From contig JAIKYR010000153.1 of assembly GCA_024682995.1 (NCBI GenBank), positions 1 to 61,937 of the forward strand: a DNA stretch of 61,937 nt. Direction: 5' to 3'. Source of the stretch: Bacteroidales bacterium (GTDB lineage: Bacteria > Bacteroidota > Bacteroidia > Bacteroidales > WCHB1-69). A program made the position numbers and the translations under genes. Within the stretch, counting starts at the first letter, position 1. Each line of letters begins with the position of its first letter. Positions 18,355-26,463 of this stretch are shown here, piece by piece. The notes below the pieces were generated by a model. That model worked only from the letters and a program-made list of their open reading frames with translations. It was not told the origin of the DNA and searched no databases.

Positions 18355-20106
18355 ATGAACCCTGACAAGCATTTTCTTCCCATCACCAAAAAGGAGCTCG
18401 ACTACCTCGGATGGGATTATGTGGATGTTGTCCTCGTGAGCGGGGACGCGTACGTCGATCACCCCTCTTTCGCCGCCGCTGTCATCGGGCGCACACTGGA
18501 GCGCGAGGGGCTGCGCGTGGCCATCCTGCCCCAACCCAACTGGAAAGATGATTTGCGGGATTTCAAGAAGTTAGGGAAGCCGAGACTCTTTTTCGGGGTA
18601 ACCTCCGGCAATATGGACTCGATGGTGAACCATTACACAGCCAACAGGCGCCTGCGCAGCGACGACGCCTACACCGCCGGTGGCAAGGCGGGCTTCCGTC
18701 CCGACTACGCCACCACCGTTTACAGCCGCATCCTCAAGGAGTTGTTTCCGGACGTACCCGTCGTCATCGGGGGCATTGAGGCCTCCATGCGCCGTCTCTC
18801 ACACTACGACTACTGGAGCGACACCCTCAAACCCTCCATCCTCATCGAGAGCGGTGCCGATGTGCTGGTTTACGGCATGGGCGAACGTCCCATCACTGCT
18901 TTGGCCAGGCTTTTCCAGCAACCCGACTGGCGAAACCATCTTCCTGATTGCCAACAGATTGCCTATCTTGACACCGATATCCAAAAATATGCCGACGAAC
19001 AGCCCATCCTTCTACACAGCTATACAGAAGAGCTGAAGGACAAACGACGGTATGGCGAGGATTTTGTTTTATTTGAAACCGAATCCAACAAGCGGGAACA
19101 GCGGACCATTATTCAACCCTATGAGCATGGCAAACATGTTGTCGTGCGCCCACCCTACCCTGTGGCTACCGAGGCGGAGATGGACGGCTTTGCCCTCTTC
19201 GACCGGATGATGAACCTGCCGCATCCCAAATATCTCAAACGCGGCGACATACCCGCCTTCGAGATGATTAAAAATTCCATCACCTTGCATCGGGGATGCT
19301 TCGGGGGGTGCAGTTTTTGTGCCATCTCCGCACACCAGGGCAAACAGATTGCCTCGCGCTCCGACAAGTCCATCCTCGCCGAAGTCAAAGACCTAGTTTC
19401 CAGGCCCTATTTCAAGGGGCACATCAGCGATTTGGGCGGACCCTCCGCCAACATGTTCCGGATGCAGGGCCGAGACCTGAACCGTTGCCGCAAATGTCCG
19501 CGTCCCTCCTGCCTCACGCCCGAAATCTGTCCCAACCTCCAGCTGGACCATCACCCGCTCATCTCGCTCTATCGGAAAGTTCGTGAGATGGCAGGCGTGA
19601 AGCACGTCACCATCGGCAGCGGCATACGCTACGAGATGCTGCTGAACCACGACGCACGGGAAAACGAGCGCAACGGCCAACACAAATATCTGCATGAGAT
19701 TGTAAAGCATCATGTGTCGGGGCGGCTGAAGGTGGCTCCTGAACATACGGATCCCGAAGTGCTGAAACTGATGCGCAAACCCAGCTTCGACCATTTCCTG
19801 GAGTTTTTGGATCTTTTTAACGAGGAAAACCGGCGTTGCGGCAAGAACCAGCAGCTCATTCCCTATCTGATTGGCTCGCATCCCGGATGTACGGTGGAGA
19901 AGATGGCCGCTTTGAGCCGTCTCACCCGCCGATGCCACCTCATCACCGACCAGGTGCAGGATTTCACCCCCACCCCGATGACCTTCGCCACCGCCATGTA
20001 CTATTTAGAATACAACCCCTATACAGGCCAGAAAGTCCATGTAGCCAAAAGCCTGGCAGAGCGGAAAAAGCAGCATGACTACTTTTTTGCCAAGCCAGGC
20101 AGATGA
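18355..20106 (+). CDS. ygiQ: YgiQ-family radical SAM protein (UPF0313)
   Basis: 583 aa. N-terminus FLPITKKELDYLGWDYVDVVLVSGDAYVDHPSFAAAVIGR and Cys cluster HRGCFGGCSFCAI. Confidence 0.85.
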   Translation: MNPDKHFLPITKKELDYLGWDYVDVVLVSGDAYVDHPSFAAAVIGRTLEREGLRVAILPQPNWKDDLRDFKKLGKPRLFFGVTSGNMDSMVNHYTANRRLRSDDAYTAGGKAGFRPDYATTVYSRILKELFPDVPVVIGGIEASMRRLSHYDYWSDTLKPSILIESGADVLVYGMGERPITALARLFQQPDWRNHLPDCQQIAYLDTDIQKYADEQPILLHSYTEELKDKRRYGEDFVLFETESNKREQRTIIQPYEHGKHVVVRPPYPVATEAEMDGFALFDRMMNLPHPKYLKRGDIPAFEMIKNSITLHRGCFGGCSFCAISAHQGKQIASRSDKSILAEVKDLVSRPYFKGHISDLGGPSANMFRMQGRDLNRCRKCPRPSCLTPEICPNLQLDHHPLISLYRKVREMAGVKHVTIGSGIRYEMLLNHDARENERNGQHKYLHEIVKHHVSGRLKVAPEHTDPEVLKLMRKPSFDHFLEFLDLFNEENRRCGKNQQLIPYLIGSHPGCTVEKMAALSRLTRRCHLITDQVQDFTPTPMTFATAMYYLEYNPYTGQKVHVAKSLAERKKQHDYFFAKPGR

Positions 20107-20220
20107 TAAAGGAATAACTGACAATTGTTGAATTGATATTGGACGTTGGGGATTACAAAGTTAAGAAATTAATGAATTAAGAGAATACTGTCTTTAATCT
20201 ATAATCTCAACCTGCCAACT

Positions 20221-20250
20221 ATTAATTATTAATTGTTAATTGTTAATTAT
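20221..20250 (-). repeat. Heptad array directly after the stop codon of T9SS gene 20251-22554
   Basis: In sense orientation: TAA A | TAATTAA CAATTAA CAATTAA TAATTAA TAGTTGG. Confidence 0.8.
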
Positions 20251-22554
20251 TTACAGCACCGTTATCGTACTCTTGATCACCTTGCTGACGCCGTCCAGAT
20301 CCTTGTATTTCAGGATGTACGGATACACTTGGTTATATTCCACCGGATTGTCGGTGTTGCCCCTCGTGCCGCACCATCTCAAATACTGTGGATCGCCCCT
20401 GTAGCTGTATATCAGCTCGCCCGTGCGCGTGAACACCGCAAACTCCACGTACTTGATCAGCTTCCACTGCGGTATCGTGAAGCAGTCGTTGCTGTTGTTA
20501 TACGAAGAATAATTTGGATCTTTCGCCTTCCAGTTGTCTGACGGCGTGATGGCGTTCGCCAGATTCATGAACGGCTTGCACGTCGGAATCACAATCGTCC
20601 CGCTCGCCAGGCACGAATCCCGCTTGTTCATCACCGTCACCGAGTACGTCCCCGCCCGAACCACATTCAGCAGGCTGTCCTGGGAACCGTCGCTCCACGT
20701 CCACACGTAGTTCGTGTCACTCCCCTTGTCCGTCTCCAACACCGTCTCGAAATCCTCGCAGTAGTCCCTTCGGCTGCTGATGCTCACCTTCGGCTGGGAT
20801 ATCATCAGCATCCTCTTCACGATACTGTCGCACCCGTTCCACGCCGAATCTTTATATACAATCGGAATCACCTGGTGGTCATACTGCCAGATGTACGTAG
20901 AGTCGCTTATCTTCATCCGGTATTCCCCGTTCACCATCGAGCTCTCGCAGATCCGGATGGTGTCGCTCGTCACCGGGCATGTCACGTTCGCCGTGTCAAG
21001 TTTCACCCAGATGACCGTGTCCAGACAGTGGCACGCCTGAGTCTGGCTCGTGTTCACTCGCAGAAGCACCTTTATCGAATCCAGACGAACATTATTAAGG
21101 TATGCTGGGAAGGTGTCACGCACCAGCGTGTCGTTGGCACTGCCCATGCGCACCGTGTCGCCGGGAGCTCTTATCCAGAACCAGTCCAACACCGGCGAGG
21201 GATCATCCACCGTGTCTGCAGGGACAAAAATGGCACCTGCTCTAAACTCAGGGGTTATGATACGGTTTATGCTCGCATCCCGGAAGATGAGGTTATGCTG
21301 GCATTTTCCGGCCGAATCCACATAGCTAAAGTCTGGCACAAAGTCATACTTCTTAGTATGAGCCTCATACACAAACGGTACGCCCGTCTCCGACTCCATC
21401 TCGCATCGGTAGTAGGGCATCAACTGTTCACGAGGAATCTTCACCTTGTAAGGGTTAGTCGTAGTCAAATTCACACAGGTGTCTTTGTTCAATCCGTATT
21501 TCCAACGATAGCTTTGGGCATTGAAACCCCATGGGACCGAAAGTTCCACCGTGTCCATTTGTGGGCAGGCATCCACATTAATCTTGCCCGGCACCATCTT
21601 CGCCGTGAAATAAAGATAAGAATAGTGCTGTGAATAGCAGCATCCACGCATCAGCAATTGGAATTTCACAGCCTTATGATTCCGAGCTTGCTCCATCAGA
21701 TTAAAGGCCACAATCACATATTTGGTACTTTGAACAGACCCACAATCATTAATGCTGAAACTATTTCCCGCATACCAACGCGATGGGGTCATATAATTAG
21801 GATTTGGGTATTGCCCGTCTGTTCCCTGCGCCAAAAAATAATACCGTGCATAAGGCCACTTCGTTTGATCATACGAGGTTATTCCCTGATGCAGATTCCC
21901 GTTTGTAATATAATCGTTCGGATAATACCCTAACGAAGGTATGGGTGTAGATGAAAACGCTGTATTATTTGCATTTGATGATTCAAACACTTGGATTGTA
22001 ACCGATGGATTGTAGTCCCACGTATGACTTGGTGATTCCAGTACACACTGATAGGTAACCAACAAAACCGGATTTATTGTGTCCGGTATGAAATAATACT
22101 CCATTTTCTGGGATTTAGAATTACTCGTATGTGCCCCAATCCGCATCACCGTATCCTCATAATGATATAAGCCATCGTTATACTCATTCGAGTTCCACGC
22201 TAACGGATAAATAGGAAGATGTGCCGTCGAACCATTAAGACAAGCTCGGGGATCTTGAGGGACCTGACCTGCAGGACGATTCAACAATATATGACTCTTC
22301 TCTGAACCATACGTTGTCACACCCGCCGTATAAGTTATACTTCCCTCATTCAAAGCACTATTGCTGTTCGGAGCGGGACCATAATACGGCCGTGCCCACC
22401 TCTGATTCACATTTGAGCTTGTAACACTCTGCAAATCAGTCACCATAAAAGTCGTTGGCGAGCCTTGCATGATGCCGTTCATCACAGGTTGGGATTGTGC
22501 ACAAAAGCACAAGGCAAAAGAGAAAGCCAGTAAAAATAAAATCTGTTTCTTCAT
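20251..22554 (-). CDS. T9SS cargo protein, unnamed ~400-aa passenger + two-Cys repeats + type B (gliding-motility-associated) C-terminal sorting domain
   Basis: 767 aa. Signal peptide MKKQILFLLAFSFALCFCAQSQ. The C-terminal ~100 aa (NAITPSDN...NDCFTIP...FAVFTRTGELIYSY...WCGTRGN...VYPYILKYKDLDG...KSTITVL) match the TIGR04131-like pattern. Paralogue of the next gene. Confidence 0.7.
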   Translation of the reverse strand: MKKQILFLLAFSFALCFCAQSQPVMNGIMQGSPTTFMVTDLQSVTSSNVNQRWARPYYGPAPNSNSALNEGSITYTAGVTTYGSEKSHILLNRPAGQVPQDPRACLNGSTAHLPIYPLAWNSNEYNDGLYHYEDTVMRIGAHTSNSKSQKMEYYFIPDTINPVLLVTYQCVLESPSHTWDYNPSVTIQVFESSNANNTAFSSTPIPSLGYYPNDYITNGNLHQGITSYDQTKWPYARYYFLAQGTDGQYPNPNYMTPSRWYAGNSFSINDCGSVQSTKYVIVAFNLMEQARNHKAVKFQLLMRGCCYSQHYSYLYFTAKMVPGKINVDACPQMDTVELSVPWGFNAQSYRWKYGLNKDTCVNLTTTNPYKVKIPREQLMPYYRCEMESETGVPFVYEAHTKKYDFVPDFSYVDSAGKCQHNLIFRDASINRIITPEFRAGAIFVPADTVDDPSPVLDWFWIRAPGDTVRMGSANDTLVRDTFPAYLNNVRLDSIKVLLRVNTSQTQACHCLDTVIWVKLDTANVTCPVTSDTIRICESSMVNGEYRMKISDSTYIWQYDHQVIPIVYKDSAWNGCDSIVKRMLMISQPKVSISSRRDYCEDFETVLETDKGSDTNYVWTWSDGSQDSLLNVVRAGTYSVTVMNKRDSCLASGTIVIPTCKPFMNLANAITPSDNWKAKDPNYSSYNNSNDCFTIPQWKLIKYVEFAVFTRTGELIYSYRGDPQYLRWCGTRGNTDNPVEYNQVYPYILKYKDLDGVSKVIKSTITVL
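20254..20556 (-). other. T9SS type B (gliding-motility-associated) C-terminal domain
   Basis: The last ~101 aa of 20251-22554: NAITPSDN...NDCFTIP...VEFAVFTRTGELIYSYRGD...WCGTRGN...NQVYPYILKYKDLDGVSKVIKSTITVL. Confidence 0.55.
21365..22554 (-). repeat. Paralogous block, copy 1 (5' ~1.2 kb of the type B gene)
   Basis: Direct repeat of 23208-24386 at an offset of ~1838 nt. Antisense ORF-track peptides 21658-21933 and 23496-23687 are nearly identical, which shows high DNA identity. Confidence 0.75.
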
Positions 22555-22598
22555 ATTTTGAGAATATAAGGTTTTCTATTATTGTTTAACTGAAAGCA

Positions 22599-24386
22599 TT
22601 ATTGTTTCACTACGGTTTTCGTCACAATGCCCTTGTCGGTCTCTATGCGGACCATGTAGGTGCCGGAAGGAAGTCCCTTGATGTCGATGGCTGTCGTCTG
22701 CCCGTCAGCCGACACTTTGCGGAGCAGTCGTCCCTGCAGGTCATACACGCAAACCTCCTTCATCGCAGCCATGCCCGATTGGATGACAAATTTCCCGATA
22801 TTCGGGTTTGGATACAGCGTGATTTCGCTGGCATACGCCCCAACGCCCACGTTGCTGCCATAGTAAAAGGTCTTCTCCACCGAGCCTTGTGCTCCCGTTT
22901 CCGGATCCTCCACCTCCAACTTCACGCGGATGCTGTCGTAATGGTCAGGGATGGGTAACGCCAACACCGGATTATGGTCGTCTTGTGCAAAACAGGTCCA
23001 TGCACTCCCCTCCTTTTTCCACGACCAGCGCAGACTGTTTGCCGGCACGATCACCGTGTCGTAAGGCACATTAATGGGACCTGCATTAAAAGCTGGGGTG
23101 ATTTCCCGGATAAAACTCAAGTCGTTGAATTGGAACACCGTCGTCTGAGCAGAATCCTGCTGCGTGGCGGAAAAGTCCGCCGTAATTTCCGATATATGCG
23201 GACGCACCTCATACACGAACGGCACGCCCGTTTGCGACTCCATCTCACAGCGGTAATAGGGAAGCAGCTGGTTACGGGGAATCTTCACCTTGTACTGGTT
23301 ATTCGTAGTCAAAACCGCACAAGTGTCTTTGTTCAACCCATGTTTCCAATGGTAAGTGTTGGCATCAAAGCCCCAAGGTACTGAAAGCTCCAGCGTATCC
23401 GCTGTCTGATGAGCATGTATTTTCCCCTGCACCATCTTAGCCGTAAAATAGCCGTAGGCATAATGCGCTGAAAAGCGGCATCCACGCACCAGCACTTGGA
23501 ATTTCACAGCCTTATGATTCCGAGCTTGCTCCATCAAATTAAAGGCTACAATCAGATATCCAGTACTTTGAACAGACCCACAATCATTAATATTGAATGC
23601 ATTTCCCGCATACCAACGCGATGGGGTCACATAATTAGGATCTGGGTATTGCCCATCTGTTCCCTGCGCCAAAAAATAATACCGTGAATAAGGCCAATTG
23701 GTATTGTTATAAGAGGCTATTCCCTGATGCAGATTGCCATTTTCGATATAATCGTTCGGATAATATCCTAATGAAGGTATGGGTGTAGATGAGAACTCTG
23801 TATTATTTGCATTTGTTGATTCAAACACTTGGATTGTAACCGATGGATTTTGGGCCCAATTATGACTTGGAGACTCCATCACGCACTGATAGGCAACCAA
23901 CAGAACCGGATTTGTTGTGTCCGGTATGAAATAATACTCCATTTTATGGGATTTGGAATTACTCGTATGTGCCCCAATCCGCATCACCGTATCCTCATAA
24001 TGAAGGCTGCCATCGTTATACTCATTCAAGTTCCATGCTACCGGGAAAATAGGAAGATATGCCGACGAACCATTAAGACAGGCTCGAGGGTCTTGGGGAT
24101 TCTGACCTGCCGGACGAAGCAACAACACATGGCTATTCTCTGACACATACGTTGTCACACCCGCCGTATAAGTTATATTTCCATCATCCAAAGCACTATT
24201 ACTGTTCGGATTGGGACCATAATACGGTCGTGCCCAGCTTGTATTCGCATCGCATGTCATAGGGTCCACCATAAAGGTACTCGGCGAGCCTTGCATGATG
24301 CCGTTCACTACGGGTTGGGAGGAGAGAGGGGCTGCTGACAACAAGCACACTATCAACAAGATTGCAGAGATTATAGTTCTTTTCAT
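22599..24386 (-). CDS. T9SS cargo protein, same passenger family, type A (Por_Secre_tail) C-terminal sorting domain
   Basis: The start is chosen at ATG 24384-24386 (MKRTIISAILLIVCLLSAAPLSSQ signal peptide, aligning with the paralogue's N-terminus). The ORF track extends a further 110 codons upstream without signal-peptide character. C-terminus: ITLYPNPNIGKF...VCVYDLQGRLL...LPSGTYMVRIETDKGIVTKTVVKQ. Confidence 0.75.
   Translation of the reverse strand: MKRTIISAILLIVCLLSAAPLSSQPVVNGIMQGSPSTFMVDPMTCDANTSWARPYYGPNPNSNSALDDGNITYTAGVTTYVSENSHVLLLRPAGQNPQDPRACLNGSSAYLPIFPVAWNLNEYNDGSLHYEDTVMRIGAHTSNSKSHKMEYYFIPDTTNPVLLVAYQCVMESPSHNWAQNPSVTIQVFESTNANNTEFSSTPIPSLGYYPNDYIENGNLHQGIASYNNTNWPYSRYYFLAQGTDGQYPDPNYVTPSRWYAGNAFNINDCGSVQSTGYLIVAFNLMEQARNHKAVKFQVLVRGCRFSAHYAYGYFTAKMVQGKIHAHQTADTLELSVPWGFDANTYHWKHGLNKDTCAVLTTNNQYKVKIPRNQLLPYYRCEMESQTGVPFVYEVRPHISEITADFSATQQDSAQTTVFQFNDLSFIREITPAFNAGPINVPYDTVIVPANSLRWSWKKEGSAWTCFAQDDHNPVLALPIPDHYDSIRVKLEVEDPETGAQGSVEKTFYYGSNVGVGAYASEITLYPNPNIGKFVIQSGMAAMKEVCVYDLQGRLLRKVSADGQTTAIDIKGLPSGTYMVRIETDKGIVTKTVVKQ
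22602..22823 (-). other. T9SS type A C-terminal sorting domain
   Basis: The last 74 aa of 22599-24386: ITLYPNPNIGKF...VYDLQGRLL...GTYMVRIETDKGIVTKTVVKQ. Confidence 0.7.
23208..24386 (-). repeat. Paralogous block, copy 2 (5' ~1.2 kb of the type A gene)
   Basis: See copy 1. Similarity ends right after the codons for GVPFVYE. Confidence 0.75.
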
Positions 24387-24631
24387 TCTGTATGATAACA
24401 TTAATAGGTACAATTCAAACATGCGGTCAGAAAAACCGCACATTATGCTTAACGAATTGGAAGGCGAATTGTTGCAGGGGAAAGGAAGAAAATAGGTAAT
24501 GACATAGAAGTTAATCCGATTTTTATGGATGATGCGCCTGTTTGACTCAATCAAGTTTTCACCATTGTATTCTTGTTTATAAGCATTCCCGTTTAATTCC
24601 CATAGTCCGCACAGCCGTGCGGACGCAACAA

Positions 24632-24660
24632 AACTCCCCTTCTGTTGCAGAAGGGGAGTT
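24632..24660 (-). terminator. Hairpin with U-rich tail downstream of the type 1 RNase H gene (middle of a three-hairpin cluster)
   Basis: 10-bp stem AACTCCCCTT (24632-24641) pairs with AAGGGGAGTT (24651-24660). On the minus strand it is followed by TTTGTTG. Flanking hairpins lie at 24605-24624 and 24669-24686. Confidence 0.5.
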
Positions 24661-24751
24661 ATCCGCGTGCGGCACCAAGGTGCCGCAAAGATACACCAAC
24701 CCGAAGGCGAAATCAAGGCCTTTTAGAAATTATTTTATTGAGTCATCTATG

Positions 24752-25390
24752 CTACTTTCGTCCGAAGTCGGCGGGAATTTCGCCCCACAGCGGGGTGTTC
24801 CACTTGTATATGGGGTTTGTATAGGCGTTGTTCCGCAGCCAGTTCTCCGCCCGCACGAGGAGGTCGAAAAGCTCGGCGTTCTCTTCCGTGGGCAGGATGA
24901 TGGACTTGTGTTTCTTCTGGCGCACCCAGGCAAGGGCCGTGATGCTGTCGGTGTAGATGGGGATGTCAAGATGGCGCTGTTTGCAGAAGGCGATGCCGTG
25001 CACCAGGGCCAGAAACTCGCCGATATTATTGGAGGCGTTGGGGAAGGGGCCCTTGTGGAACCAGACCTTGCGGGTAGCCGTATAGACGCCCCGGTACTCC
25101 ATCTGCCGCGTGGCCGTGTTCCAGGCGGCATCCACCGACAGGCTGTTCAGAATCGGCTTGGGGTCGCCTTCGCGCAGCACCACCGGTGTTTTCGCCGATT
25201 TGGCCGGATGCGCCTGATAATAGGCCTCATAACCCATATCCAAAGCCTCACAGGCCTCCCGTTCCGTCTCAAACGACTTGTATTTCGCCCCTTCGTAATG
25301 GTCCACCTGGGCCTTGCACTCCGCCCACGTGCCATACACACCAGGCTGCACACCTGCCCAAACCACATAGTATTTTTTCTTTACCGCCAT
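24752..25390 (-). CDS. rnhA: Type 1 ribonuclease H with N-terminal hybrid-binding (viroplasmin-like) domain
   Basis: 212 aa. N-terminus YYVVWAGVQPGVYGTWAECKAQVDHYEGAKYKSFETEREA (HBD pattern). RNase H catalytic residues sit in context (SVDAAW, NNIGEFLALVHG, IYTDS). Confidence 0.7.
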   Translation of the reverse strand: MAVKKKYYVVWAGVQPGVYGTWAECKAQVDHYEGAKYKSFETEREACEALDMGYEAYYQAHPAKSAKTPVVLREGDPKPILNSLSVDAAWNTATRQMEYRGVYTATRKVWFHKGPFPNASNNIGEFLALVHGIAFCKQRHLDIPIYTDSITALAWVRQKKHKSIILPTEENAELFDLLVRAENWLRNNAYTNPIYKWNTPLWGEIPADFGRK

Positions 25391-25405
25391 ATCTTCAAAA
25401 TATCG

Positions 25406-25413
25406 TATTTTTG
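25406..25413 (+). promoter_or_regulatory. Candidate -7 promoter box for the 25476-27592 gene string
   Basis: TATTTTTG(CAGCC), 63 nt upstream of ATG 25476. Confidence 0.45.
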
Positions 25414-25475
25414 CAGCCGGAAAAATCCCGGTATCCGTTTTGCAAAAATATCATTTTATTACCGAAACACAGACT

Positions 25476-26000
25476 ATGCGATTTAGAAATTATCAACATT
25501 GCATCTTTTTTTTCGCCCTACTCCTTGGCACAGTCCTCTTATTGCCTTGCTGCCATCATATTGGGAACAAACAGGCCTCCGACATTACCGTAACCCATAC
25601 TTTTCCGGACGGTAACTGGACATTTGAGGAGCAGGTCGTCAACTTCAACTTCGACATCGACGACACCACCAAATACTATAGCATCGGTTTTGTGCTGAAT
25701 TACGACAGCACCATCAATGTGCTGGCTTCGTTGCCGCTGAACATCACGCTGGTGTACCCCGACAAGATGGAGACCTACGTCACCAGCCAGTTCAACTTCG
25801 ACCCGGCCATCAACAAGAGCATCATGCCGACCGGCAAAAAGAATGTTTGCAACATGCCGTTAGTGGCCTTCCCGAAAAAGAAGCTCAACCAGAAAGGCAC
25901 CTACACGGTCATCCTGTACCGGAAAGCGGAAAAATATGACAACTACGGATTCAACAGCCTGACTCTCAAAGTCAAAGATTTAGGAAAATCCGACAAATAG
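25476..26000 (+). CDS. Small lipoprotein, possibly GldH-like
   Basis: The ATG at 25476 gives MRFRNYQHCIFFFALLLGTVLLLPCC (lipobox-like). Size (~174 aa) and pattern (W.F...V.F.F.I.D....Y.I.......NL...) resemble GldH. The assignment is by eye only. Confidence 0.4.
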   Translation: MRFRNYQHCIFFFALLLGTVLLLPCCHHIGNKQASDITVTHTFPDGNWTFEEQVVNFNFDIDDTTKYYSIGFVLNYDSTINVLASLPLNITLVYPDKMETYVTSQFNFDPAINKSIMPTGKKNVCNMPLVAFPKKKLNQKGTYTVILYRKAEKYDNYGFNSLTLKVKDLGKSDK

Positions 26001-26010
26001 AAAATCTTCA

Positions 26011-26463
26011 ATGGGCAGAATACTGGCAATCGACTACGGACAGAAGCGGGTGGGCTTCGCGGTGACGGACGAGCTCCAGATCTGTGCCAACGGGCTGGAC
26101 ACCATCCCTGTGGCACAGGCCTTCGACTATCTCAAGCAATATCTGCAGCGGGAGAAGGTAGATGTCATCGTCGTGGGCGAGCCGCGCAAGATGGACAACA
26201 CGCCATCGGAATCCAGCCGATATATCGAGCCTTTTGTCAACCGGTTGCGAAAGGAGCTTCCTAACATCTCGCCCGGCACCACCCTCGCGCGCATGGACGA
26301 GCGGTTCACCTCCCGTCTGGCCTTCCAGACCATGATTGACATCGGGCTCAAGAAGAAGGACCGACAGAACAAAGCCCTGGTGGACAAGATGAGCGCGACC
26401 ATCATCCTCCAATCCTATATGGAGCAACAAGAAATTATCAATCAACGAAATACCGAACTATGA
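26011..26463 (+). CDS. ruvX: YqgF/RuvX-family putative pre-16S rRNA nuclease (Holliday junction resolvase-like)
   Basis: 150 aa. ILAIDYGQKRVGFAVTD..., VVGEPRKMDNT, DERFTS, ATIILQSY. Confidence 0.85.
   Translation: MGRILAIDYGQKRVGFAVTDELQICANGLDTIPVAQAFDYLKQYLQREKVDVIVVGEPRKMDNTPSESSRYIEPFVNRLRKELPNISPGTTLARMDERFTSRLAFQTMIDIGLKKKDRQNKALVDKMSATIILQSYMEQQEIINQRNTEL

Noticed and set aside
24387-24716. 110-codon N-terminal extension of the type A paralogue (ORF-track start at 24716).
   Set aside because: The extension has no signal peptide and crosses the hairpin cluster. The paralogue alignment and the signal peptide both begin at the ATG at 24384-24386.
24542-25486. 314-aa plus-strand ORF spanning the hairpin cluster and the RNase H gene.
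   Set aside because: It starts at TTG, runs through three GC-rich hairpins and is then antisense to a well-supported RNase H gene. I used it only as a coordinate check.
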